Shown here piece by piece: positions 28,796 through 41,800 of a stretch of 64,000 nucleotides of DNA. A model generated the notes under the pieces. The model was not told the DNA's origin. It was given only the letters and a program-made list of their open reading frames with translations, and did no database searches. Position 1 is the first letter of the stretch. Every line of letters starts with the position of its first letter. Source of the stretch: Adineta vaga. Its lineage: Eukaryota; Animalia; Rotifera. The stretch lies in contig CP075493.1 of assembly GCA_021613535.1 (NCBI GenBank), forward strand, positions 2,108,001 to 2,172,000, given 5' to 3'. The translations under genes were made by a program, and so were the position numbers.

Positions 28796-29394
28796 TTAGA
28801 ACGATATCTCTTATCTTATTAATATTAATGTTAATATCTGAAATGAAAATTTTCAAGTACTTCAAAACATAAGATCAATAAAAGAATCGATGAAAAATAA
28901 GTGAACAACTTTGTCTTTAAGTTAAAATGATTCATGTCAAAATCTCAAAGAAGTAAAGTAATAATAACAATAACAACAAAACAAATAGTTCGTTCAAATT
29001 TTCTCTAACTGACATCTATCAAAACTATGTCAATATAGAAAAGTACACTATAATTGAAAAATAGATATTCGATAATTTTGGAAAAAACGTTTTTAATCGA
29101 GAAATCTAGTATCAATAAATATTCTATTCATTATTGATATAACATTTGAAATTAATTAATTAAGAATTTTTCATACTATTTCTAGATGTCGTTAAATTGC
29201 AGATCGATATTTATTTATGTACGTATGTATATTTATTGAATAGAATGAATTTCGTTAAGAATAAAAAAAAAGGAAGAAAATAAATTATCAATGAACTATT
29301 AGAAGGGTTTAATTCTTCTAATGAGAATGAAATCGTTTGTTCGGTATAAGTATATTGTAGTAAATCTTTCATCTTCATTAGATGAATTATATTC

Positions 29395-30592
29395 TTATTT
29401 TTTCTTATCATTTTCTCCTTTGGTTGAAATCGTGGGGGTTGATTTAACAAGGTTGCCAAGACCTTTTTTCTCTTCAGCTGGAGGTGAATCCGCTGCTTCT
29501 TTTGATTTTGATTTGTCAGTTTGTTCTTTTGATTTCGATTTGTCACCTTTTTCTTGGGATTTTGATTTTCCTACTGGCTCTTGGGATTTCGATTTTTCTG
29601 CTGGTTCTTGTGCTTTCGAGTTTTCTTCTTCTTCTTCTTCGTCTTTGTGTTGTTTTTGAGCACTAGCCGACTAAAACAAAAGTATCGAATCGACATACAT
29701 TATACAAAAAGTTTTCTATAGTGAAGATAAAAGAGTTACGCAGAATATAACTTAGAAGAATAGTCGAGGTATGTGTGCCTAGATAAGAATGTCACATACG
29801 CGCTTCACTAGGCAAGTTACACTCATCGATAACCCAGGCCGTTTGTGCTACAATGGGTGAATAAGAAACTTGATGCGATGACTTATGAATATGTAATTTC
29901 TATTAGTTAATCTAATCCGTCTATATAGTTTTTCCTTGTTTAACAGAATCTTACTTTTCGCTCATACCAGTTGACTTCATATTTAGCAATATTGTTCAAA
30001 TAAACATTATTTTGCTGTGAACTTCTTTGCCAATTTTCTCGCGCTAAGATAGGTTTTCGATCGACAATTCTCTTAGCCATTGTACCATTTTCTTTTGAAA
30101 CACGTAATAATTCTCGTCGACGTTTTTCTTGATTGAGACTAAGAAAAATTTTGTTATATTCATTTCAAATCATTTCATTTCTCTTTCAACCTACCTTCTT
30201 GCTTCATAATAATTTCGATTATCAATCTGACCAGTTGTTCTCATTGTATTGGACATTTTTTCTAATAGAATACGATTATCACGTTCAATTGTTGCTGTAC
30301 GTTCCTCTTGTAACTAAGCGTAAACAAAATCAATTAAAAATGAATGTATTGGAAAGAAAATCTACTTGAAGTTTTTTTAATTTCATATGAAGATGCATAT
30401 ATGTTCTTGGAGGACGTGTATCAATACTTGGCCGAGCATCACGTACCTACAAATGAGAAATTTCTTTAGAAAAACAAGAAGATTAGTAATTGAAATTACA
30501 AGAATTCGATGTTCATCAAAATATTTATCATCCCATTTTTTCTTCAAGAGTCGATTCGATGATGGAAGTGTTGATTGATATGCTTTATGCAT
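29395..30592 (-). CDS. CFAP97-domain (Hemingway/KIAA1430 family) ciliary protein
   Basis: 'MHKAYQSTLPSSNRLLKKKWD...H', 'PSIDTRPPRTYMHLHMKLKKLQ|LQEERTATIERDNRILLEKM', 'SLNQEKRRRELLRVSKEN'; charged repetitive last exon. Confidence 0.8.
29500..29620 (-). repeat. ~4 imperfect 27-nt coding repeats (KSKSQEP-like) in the last exon of the CFAP97D gene
   Basis: Translation SKAQEPAEKSKSQEPVGKSKSQEKGDKSKSKEQTDKSKSKE. Confidence 0.7.
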
Positions 30593-31948
30593 TGATGTAT
30601 ATCTTGAAGGAGCCTGATAGAAACAAAAGGAAGAAAGTTGGCTTGTTTTTTCTAGGAGGATTATGAAGTGTGTGTGTGTGTGTGCGTGTGATGGAAAGAA
30701 CAAAAGTATTTTTTTTATAATGTTAACTATGTAAACAGTTGCTTTGACAATTGAAGAATTATTAAAAAAAGTAGCTACAACGATAGATGACTCGAGTTTT
30801 CAGTTCAGCACATTTATTATCCTTTAAAGAAGCTTTTATGATTGATCATTGAAAGAATCGAACTGGAACGTTTGAAGAAATCATAGAATGTATTAGCAAA
30901 TAAATCTACATTATTTCTTCTTCTTCGTTTTTTTTAATCAACAGAAACCATAGTAGCAACCATTGTCTTTTCTATATATTTAACATTGAAATCATCTTGT
31001 ATCTCTTCGGAAACGATAAATCAAATGAATTCTTCTTTTTTTTTAAGTGCTAATATTTCCGAAAGACTGATCATGTCAACTTCGATTAGAATTGAATGAT
31101 ATCGAGAATAATGTCGACATCAACAATTCAAATAGATTATTAATCGTCATGTAAGAAAGATCTCTAGAAAATAACATTAATCAAAGAAACTTTCTTTCAT
31201 GAATTGACCTTGTTTTCCAAAGAAAAGATCATTGCATAGATTTCTGTCTATCAACATGCAATGTGTTCATTTGAAACATTTCGTATTTACATATCAATCT
31301 GACAAAGTAGTGTTCTTGTTATTCTTGTCTATTTGCATAATAAACATCTTCAATGACAAAAGTATTGAATATAATCTGAAAACGAATGACTAATTCGTGT
31401 TCAATTTTATTCTTGCATAGGCAATACTTATTTTGTTTTTTGCTTCAGTCGAAAAGAAAAAGAAAGAAAGAAAGAAAAACTTTGAATAAGAAGTCATGAA
31501 ATAGTAGCGATAACAGACTTATGGAAAGAAAGAAAAAAAGAGAAAATAAGGTATACACACATAGAGAAAAATCAAATGAGTTGGTACTGAAATGTTTGTT
31601 GTTTTTCTCAAAAGACAAGCGCTATACAAATAGAATCACTTTGCAAAAAAAAGAAAACATACACATACAAAGATAATTGCACAATATAGTCATTTGAATA
31701 GGGATACATTGCAACAATTTGGACTAAACATATGTTAGAGATCCACCGGCTGAAGAACAAACAAAAGAAAATTGTACTGTCTAGTTATTGTCATTGAATT
31801 ACATGGAAGTTAGAAGCATAGAAAAAGGAACGAAGAGAAGTGCACAAAAAGAAAATGAGAGAAAGAAAAGCCATTTACCCATTTGATTACAAACAAAAGA
31901 AAACAAGATATTGACCTAAGAGGTATCATAGATATGGATCATTTATTT

Positions 31949-34900
31949 CTATTTAACAGCATTGGCAGTTTCTTCGAACTAAAATTCAGATAAAATCGAT
32001 GAATTTTCCAATAAATCATCATCATCTTATTTACACGTACCATTTATACATTAAAACAACGATACAAGACAACACAAGTACGAAAAGCTATTCAATTTAT
32101 TTCTCGCTTACATGTAATCTTTGTATAATAGTTGTATATGCTTGTGAATTTAGATCTTTTTCTTGAACACCTTGTAATTCAAAACTACCGTGCGTTTTCT
32201 ACAAGACAAAAAATCGATTATTTCATATGAAAATCTATTTCAATCTTACTTTAACAATCAATAATAGACAAGCTAATTGATAGGGATGAAGGCTAATTTC
32301 TGTTCTTTCGCCAAGCCATGTAAAAATAAAATGTGTTTGTTGTCGATACCATTCCTATGTTCAATTGAAAATTTCTCTTCTCTTCTTCGTCATTGAATGT
32401 CTTGACTTACTTCAAAAATATTCAATGTAAAAATTTCATCACTAACTTTTTGTCTTAATTGTTCTAAATTTGCATTGATACATGAAACATATGCTTGTCC
32501 ATCTTCATTAATTGGTTTCTAATATCAACAGAACAAAGGATTGAATAATCAAAGATTTCAAATCTTACTGCTAATGAAAGAATTTGAGCAAAAAATGATC
32601 CTTCATCATAACGTGATAACTTCTTTAATACAGAATCCAGCACACTAACTAATTTTTGTATTAATGCTCGTGACATATCACCAAGAATCTTCTCTAAATA
32701 TTCATCAATACGTGTATGATATTGATGAAGATCACCACTATGCAATGCACATAATTTTAACGCCTACAGAAAAGTTTTTATGAATAAATAAAATGTCATT
32801 TTATTATTATCAATGATATTCATTTACTTGAGCTTTACAATCGAGAATAACATTGACCATTACACAACATTCCGATGGTAATAAATAATCGGAACTTGTT
32901 CCACCGATTAATCCACCTTTTTTTATCCATATTTCAAAATGACGCGATACTCTAAATGTTCAACAACGAATAAGGTCGACATACTTATCGAAAAAAAAAC
33001 CGTTTATTAACATTTGAAGTAGATAGAAATAAGTTAATAACGATAGAACAAAAGATAAAGAACTCTTCTTCTTCTCATCATTCATGTAGAATCTATCGTC
33101 TTATTCAAATTACTACTTCACTTATAAAACAATCCAATAACGACATTATTAAGTTTAGATTCAATAGGAATCGTAATTAATATCTTATTGACATAGATTA
33201 TGAATTTAACGTACCTTTTCCCACATGCTTCGATCATATCTGATGCCATTTGTTTCAATCTTTTCTCAAGATGTTCTCCAAACATTTCATCTGGCTAGAA
33301 GAAAAGAAAAAAAGAAAATAGGATTTCAATTATCTACAACAATGTTTTCCATACCCAATGTAAATCTCGTATAAAACATTGTAAAGCATCAAGTTTCCAT
33401 AGCATATCTTCACTAGTTGCACATCCTCGACTACAATTCAAATTTCTAATTCAATATTTACAAATCAATTTGTTAAACTAACGTTCTTGCTTTCCAATTT
33501 TCTTTTTCGAAACCTTTATGAATCGATTGTGCAATACAAGATTCCATTAGATCAACATAACGAATAACTAATGGAGCAAATGTATCACGTAATTGTTGAT
33601 GAAAACGACCATTCGATAAAGAATCTAAACAATCTCCAGATTTGGTTTTTCTCATCTGAAAGAACAAGTTTTATCTTCATACCATGTACACGAAGGTAAT
33701 CATTTAATAATTGAAATAATGGAAATGAATCCCAACTTTCAATCGGTTGTTGATCAATAACATGTTCCATATCAACAGCAAATAACGACCAAAAGATTTC
33801 TTCATGTTCAATTAATAAATCGTTATATTGTTGAAAAGCTTCTTGATAATGTTCAGAATCTTGTTGTAATAATTCAATACATAATTCAGCTAAATGTATT
33901 AGATCATCGATTTTCTTTCGTGGAGAATCATCAGTATTGTAAATTGTTTCTAAAAAATAACAAGAAAAATAAGTTCCTGGTAAATAGAAATGAAATTTCA
34001 TTTTTAACAGCATGCATTTTACAAAAATAACAACAACAACAACAACTACGAACAAAAAATTTACCATTATCATTTTGTTGCTGACTCTCTCGTTCTCCTG
34101 GAAAAAAATCAAATAGAACTTATTCGAATATCATAGACAATGATGTTTTATAACGAAATTTTTCATGATAAAAGAGAAAAAGAATGAAGTACCTTCAATT
34201 TTAGCTTGATCAGATACTCGAGTATAATTGGTATATGCAGCATTTTCCAGACATTTACGAATGAAAAATCGAATATCTTCACGAGATATTGGAGCAGATA
34301 TGTCTTTAGTGAGTACACGTTCAAGTAAACTTAATGTTGCTTTTAATGCACCTTCCGGACGACCAAATGGAAATGAAAATCTAAATAGAAGTATTACATA
34401 ATATGAGACAATGAATATCAATAGTTTCAAGAGAAATTACTCTACCTAAAACTAGTCACTTGATGTTCAAGAAATTGTCTTAATCGTTCTTTAATTTCAT
34501 TGAATCGATCTTTTTCTTCCATGGTAACTGTTGATGCACTACTATCAGGTCTAGAAAAAGCCAATACAAAGTTCCAGATGTTTGTTTGTTTGTTTATTCG
34601 TTGTTGTATTTACTTACCGACTTCCTGAGACATGAGAGGCACAAAATACATAACTATAATGAAGTAATTGAGGATCAATCATAAATCCTTGTTCAGCTCG
34701 ATCAAGCAAATCATTTAGATAATAAAGATGTCTTAAACAACCACGAACACCATACCGAGAACAATATTCTACAATCGAATTATTTCAATTCATATTCTTC
34801 GAATTTATTATCATTTTACCTTCAAGTACATAACTTTGTCCAGGACTTAACCAACCCTGATGAAAGAAAAGGAAAGAAAAATGATTAATTTAAATATGAT

Positions 34901-37900
34901 ATTAACTATTCTATTGATCACCCGAGCCTATTTGCTTAGTAAATAGAAGCTATGCAACTTACTGTCAATATTTAACTTTTCATTTAGAAAGAAAAGCAAA
35001 TGTGAATGTATGGGTCATTGAGTCGAAAATCTAATGTTGCTGTTTGTAATGTTTTGAATAAATCATGATGATCAAATTTACATGGATCACTTTGAATATA
35101 TTCATCGAAACCAAGTTTTTTCGATCGATCCGCATCTATAGCAGAAGAGAAAAATGAGTATAGATCGAACATTAACATGATTGTTGTATATCTATTCATT
35201 CTAATGTTGCAGGAAAACAACAATAATAAAGTATGTTTTTCTATTTACCTTGTTGATCTTTTTGTCCTGCGGCAGTAGTTCCTTGTGATGATTTATTTGT
35301 TGCAGTTATTGGTGGTGTTGGTTTATGTGATTGACCTGTCGCACGATATAATGCTTGTACCCAACTATGTCGTTCATTTTCTTCATTTGTTGCAAATGTA
35401 ACTACATCACCTTCTCGTACAGCTTTGAAAAAATATTTTGCATCTTGCATAACTAATCCTAAACATGAGAAAGATTTATTTTTAGTAAGATCAATTCTTT
35501 CCTATTGATTTCATCTACCATTATCTGGTTCAGCATAGTCGACAGTATATCCTTCAAGTGGCATCATTTCAGTTGGTTCTGATTTCTTTTCACGATAACT
35601 ACACGTAGCAAAACAATATTGAGAAACCTAAAAGAATTTCATAGAATGAAATCATTATGATTTCGACAGGTTAATTGGAAAACTAATTGTTCACTGTTTG
35701 ATTAATGATTATATTCTATTTCTATATGATCTTTTTTACACGAGAGACCAATGATTATTTAGAAATATAGATTGCATGTTTCAAATCACTAAAATCAATT
35801 TATTCAATGTACATGATCAGTACAACAAATCAAATTAAACCATTGAGACTATTAGAATTCACGAGAAATAAAAGAAGTATATAGAAATTTGTTTTGTTGA
35901 CTTTAATGTTATTATCTTCTAATTTATAATGATCTCTAGCGAATTCCAATCATTTTTCTTTCGGAAAATAGACGGTAATTTTTAATCATATCGAGGCATG
36001 GTTTATGTATGAAGCTCATTTGTAAGAAAAATGATTTCTTAAGCGAAACAATTTGTTTACCTGAACAAGTGCATAATATCGTCGTTTCCATGATTTCCAA
36101 ACATTTTTACCACGAGCATAGCACCAACTATCAATTCAGAGAGAAAAGACATCAACTTATCATTTCTTTATCCTTAATCTTTGATACATACCCACACATT
36201 TTAAGATTCTGTGGTTTTTCCATTCGTACATCTAATTTAACTTTTAATTCATCGGTTAATGTATTTTTACATTTAACCATATCAATCCACCAATTTGTTT
36301 TATTAAATGTTGGATCAATTTGTAAAGATAATTTACCAAGCTTATTATCATCTAAACTGAGTATACCTGGATTTTCCATGTAAAGTTTAACTTTAATAAT
36401 TGGTAAGATTTGATTAGTAGGAAATTCTGCTAATGATTCCCAAACAGGTTTACCAGCTTCGGCATGTTCTGTACGATATTTTTCTCCACCTTCGACTTCC
36501 ATCGTACAATAGACAATACGATTAGTTGGAATAGATTTCAATCCTCGAACTTCTTTACATGTTATATTAACATTAAAATTTAAAACAAATGCTAATTTCG
36601 ATAAACCTGCTTCACTATCATCAAGATTTCCATCATTATGTAATGATTTGGTTGATGAATGCATACCAGATGAACTACTACTTCCATGACGACTATGACT
36701 AGGACCACGTTTCGATCGTAATGGTTTTTGTTCAGATCCACCACGTACAGGCAAACTTTCTAAATTGCTCATTAGATCATTGATACTTTTCTTCAATTCA
36801 TCAACAAATAATGTATCCATTTCTTTATGTACAAATTTAGGCATTAAACCACGTTGCTACGAAAATAAATACGAGATAATTCAATTAATTATAAAATAAA
36901 TATTTACATACTCTTTGTAAGGATTCAGCTTGTTTCATTCGACCATCTAATTCTCGACGAATGGTTGCAGCTTGTTCATCATTATTATCAAGCTACAAAA
37001 AACAAAACTCGAGAATCTACTATTCCAAATTCTTTTTCTTCATTCCTTACCTGTGCACTATTAAAGATCATTCTAAAAGAATAAAAGAGAAAGAAAAACA
37101 AATTTAGAAATGAATTCCAAAAATGATACATAATCGAAGATAGAAAAGGTTTCCTATGCAACAGAATGTATTAGATCTTTACTAGGCTTTTGGAAACCTA
37201 ACATAATTCTAATGATAGCGTCATTATTAATGTCGAATCGCACGAAATAAACTTCATTCTTTACGATGACTTAGGACAAATGATAAACTTGAAAAAAATC
37301 AATCTACAATATCTTTGACTTACTGATGCTCAAATTTTTTAATTGATAAAACATTTTGAAACATATCATAAAGCTGTTCTTTACTCATAATTAATTCTGC
37401 TGATGTTGACATATAATTTGCTTTAGATAGACGACGATTTGAATTGTCTAGATCTTGATCTTGTCCTCGATAGATAGCATCAAATTTTGACATCCATAAG
37501 GTAAGCACCGTATCTTTGCTTATTTTAAGTGAATCAATATCAGGCAAACTTCGAACACGTTTTTCAATATTTATACGAAATACATCACGAAAATCATCGG
37601 AACAAGAACCACCTGATTGAACCATTTTACCAACACGTTCACTTTTAAGAAATACTTCATAATATGACCGAACAGCATTTATAAACGCTAGAAAATGATT
37701 TGAAATTGATTAACAAAGATTGTCTTGTCTTGAGTTTTTTTCCTTACCTTCATCTGCTTCAATATGAGTTTTTCCATTTAAAAAAGCTAGAAATCTTTCT
37801 TTAATAACACCATATTGAACAAGAGTTATTTTTAAATGTTTTCTTGCCATATCTGACGATTGTTTGGAATTAAATGGACATGCAATACAACGACAAATAA

Positions 37901-38663
37901 ATACATAGATTTGTAGACGTTTTCGTTTTAATTCTAGTTCACGTTCGACACGTTCATTTTCTTCACGTTCACGTTCACTTATCAATGATGGAGATGGTGA
38001 TGGAGCACGATCAATAGGTATACCCGTACTGGATGATGTCGTGCCTGTGGATGAACTCGTTGTAGTTGCTAAAGTTTTCGATAGATTACTTGTATTTGCA
38101 TTTGATGTTGTTGTTGTTGGTTGTTGTGAACGAGTTTTTGTTACTGAACCATGTTGTTGTTGTTGTTGTTGTTGTTGAGAAGGATGCAAATGTCCTTCTG
38201 ATAAAGTTGATGAATCATCACTTTTAATACTTGTTGTATCCGTATTGAATACCATGGATGGATTATTTGTTTCAGGAAAAAGATTTGTATTTGTTGATGA
38301 ACGTAATGATACGGAAGGTGAATTATTAGCTGAAGTGGGAATTTTTGGTAATGTACGTTGTGTCGGCGTCGATGGTGCATGGAAATTAGGTTGTGGAGAA
38401 AAATGACTCGGTGTAGTTTTCAATGTCGGTGATGAATGTTCAGATTTAGTTGTTAATGACGGTGAACCAGTATTGACATGATTTGCAGTTGGCCGATTTA
38501 ATGCAGCTACTGCACGATTAATCGGTGGCTGTAAAGAAAAAATGGGTATATTTTTTTTTCGAAGGCTTAAATTTTAAATGAAAATTCGATTATTTACCAC
38601 TTTCTTGTCAGCTCCACCACCTTTTCCACCACCTTCATCCTCATCACTGGAATCATGCAACAT
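31949..38663 (-). CDS. CADPS: Calcium-dependent secretion activator (CAPS/UNC-31), many exons
   Basis: '[25 protein letters not shown]', '[13 protein letters not shown]', C2 and PH domains ('[10 protein letters not shown]', '[15 protein letters not shown]'), '[21 protein letters not shown]', 'KLSRYDEGS'. Confidence 0.95.
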
Positions 38664-41600
38664 AATTTGTGATCTGCATGATTAGATATTACATAATTTA
38701 ATCAACAAGAAAATCTTTAACATATCATTTCGTATTGATAGTGAAAACATTCTTTTGTAAAAATTTTTATATAAAATCTATGAGCGTTTTAGTTTTCTAG
38801 AAGAGAAAAAAAATCCAATTTTTATAAATAGACTGTTCTTTGAAAACAACAACATTATTTTCATTGACATTCAGATAAATGTACTAGGTGATTACCTTAA
38901 AACTCTTGTTGGTACGACTAATTGAAATACGTTTCTTTTCCGTAGCTAAGCCTGTATTCATTCTATCATCACTATTTCTATTTAATGGAATTTACAAGCG
39001 TATGTATGCGACTGTTTCTTTACTCCTTTCCATTGTCTCTCAAGAGAATAATTATATTAGATGACGCGAATCGCCGAAAAAGATGAAGGTTGATGTCAAT
39101 ATGACCAAAGAAATTCATGTAAACTTATTTATAATTTAATGATAATCAAATCGAAAACAAGAAAAAGAAATCTCACCCATCAATCTGACTAAGATAACGA
39201 ATACAAACTTACCTGATCTATTCTAGTCATGGTCTATCTATCTATTAACTTTCTATCATATAATTTTCATCTTTTTTCATTCTCAAATAACATCTCGTAT
39301 ATCAATAGAGAAAACAACATGCGTCCGAGGTACTCGTATACAAGCATTCAGACGCATAAACTCAGTTCTCCTATTTTTTCCTTCTTCTCCTTCTTTTTTT
39401 CTTGTCGTTTGCAACCGATGCTTTGTCATCGGAGGAAAGAGAGAGCAAGAAGAGAGCGAGAGAAAAAGAAATGAGAGGAATAGAGCAATGAGAGTAGGGA
39501 ATTAGTTACTGGCATTGCATCCATCTAAAGTAAAAAGAACTGGGAAGAAAAAAAACGAGAAAAACCACCATCACTACTACTATGATTACTATATACGTTA
39601 CCTGCATGATGCTGATTACGCTTAGTCAGTCTTTTATTCTGATGCGCGTGCATGTAGTTGAACTTATTATGAGGCAAATCTGAATCTGACTGTCAACAAA
39701 AAAAAAGAAAGAATGAGTTGATCATCTCATCAATATGAATGATGACAAAATCGAACTATTGTCAGTAAAATTAGACGAGAAAAATATTCTACATATTCGA
39801 CTCGCTTTTTTTCCTCGACATCAACATTGCAAATGATGAACAGCAAGAAAAAAGAAAATAGATACAGGAAGAATGACAAGAATTGCTAATCGATTAAATG
39901 CAAATCTTTCTCAATAGAAAGATAGTTGGTGAGATGAGACGATCAAGGAAATGAAATAGTCCTCACGAGTTAAAGACAAAAAAACTCGAATGCAACTAAG
40001 AATATTAAAAATCGACACTTTTTCTTTCTTTCTATGACCTTCTTATTGCATATATTGATGATTATTTAATAATAAATTAATGTCAAAAACTCTACTAATA
40101 GTTGAATATATGTATATATGCACTCAACTTGATAGTTATTATCGACCTTGATATACGAACAAAGAAATTGTCTCAGAGAATCATCATTATGTCAAAGCAA
40201 CTTCTTGTTTTAATACTATTTTTTCCACATACACGCACCTGATTAGGAAAAGTAGACTGTTCCGATATATCTGTCGCATGATTGTCTACCCAAGATGAAA
40301 GAATGACGAAACAAAAAAAGAGAAAAAAGCGGATTGCTTTTTGTTTAAAAACTAATCGTGTCCAAAATTGCCTTATCTTAAAGGACATCAATTCTATTTA
40401 TTTTTCATCAAGCATTTTCAAACGTCATCTACAAGATATTTGCTTGTTCACTAAATATAAGATAAATACATCGACTGAATCAATGCATTTTGTGTCTATG
40501 TATAGTAATCAAAAATTGACATAGCTTGCATTTCTTTCTCTATCGACGTACATTCCCACGTCACTACTCACACTCTCCCCAAAGGATCAGTTTTCCTCTC
40601 GCTTGCGCTCTCCTTTTTCCTCTGTCTGTCTGTTTCTCTCTCTCTCTCTCTCCTCCTCTCTTCTTAAAAGACATTCGATGTTTACATACATACAACAAGA
40701 GATAGAGGACGACAACTAAGATGACGAAAAAAGAAAGAAGAGTGATGGAAGCAAAAGAAAAACCCGGAGGCTAACAAAGATGGGCGGAGTATGTGCAGAG
40801 CGGACGCATAAGCGACAGAAAGGAAGAGCTGCTATATCTGACATTTGTTTTTCCAGTTCAACATGCAATGCAATCAAAGACAAACGAGCGCTCCATCCGC
40901 CTTTTCGTTCATACACACATGGGAGATAACTTACATGAAGAAACAAAACGAAGAAGAAGAGAAAATGTCTAGAAATCTGGGACAGATCGTCACTGTATAC
41001 TTAAAAAGATTTGTATTGACATAGTGAGAAGAAAAAAACGCGAATGATCGATCGAATGATGTATTTGATAATAATCATATAAAAAAAATACAATACTCTC
41101 AATCGGAGAAAACTGAAAAAAAAATGTTCTTCATCCATCAAATAAGAAGCGAAAAAGAAGAAAAAAAAACGACAGAACGGAACAAACAAATAAAAAACAA
41201 GGTTTTCATTGGTTTAAAAAATCAATACTGCCATCTAGTTTTAAACCAGATTTTTATTGGTATTCTATTGAACCAAACATGCCATATATTTGGACAAGAT
41301 TTCTATATGTAATTCGGAAATATTGTGTGATAAAACTTTCGTATCGAAGTTTGATTGTTCGAAGAATAACTATGCAAATAATGGGCTGATTCTATTATTT
41401 AGCAATGAAAACTGATGTATTCATTCAATTACGAGAGTTTAGAAGAAAAACTTTTCAGAGTCTCCGAACGATAAATGATGTTTGTTTAGCTTGTTCATTG
41501 TACGAGTAAATTGAATCTGAGCAAGACATATGTGAACGTGACTTATTGATATTACATCTTTCAGGACGTGTAAAAAGTGATAAGAATATCTTTATTTCAG

Positions 41601-41800
41601 AAAAAAAACGTTTAGTTAAACGAGACAATGAGCAACCCATATCCTCTCTTTCTCTCTCTCTCTTTCCCTTTCGCTTTCGCTTTGTTTCAAACAAATAGAT
41701 AACAAGAATACAATCGAAAAAAGAATTCACTAATGTTTTATGTTTTGCTTCGAATCTCCGAAGATATTGATAATGAAATAAACATCAAAACAATCAATGT

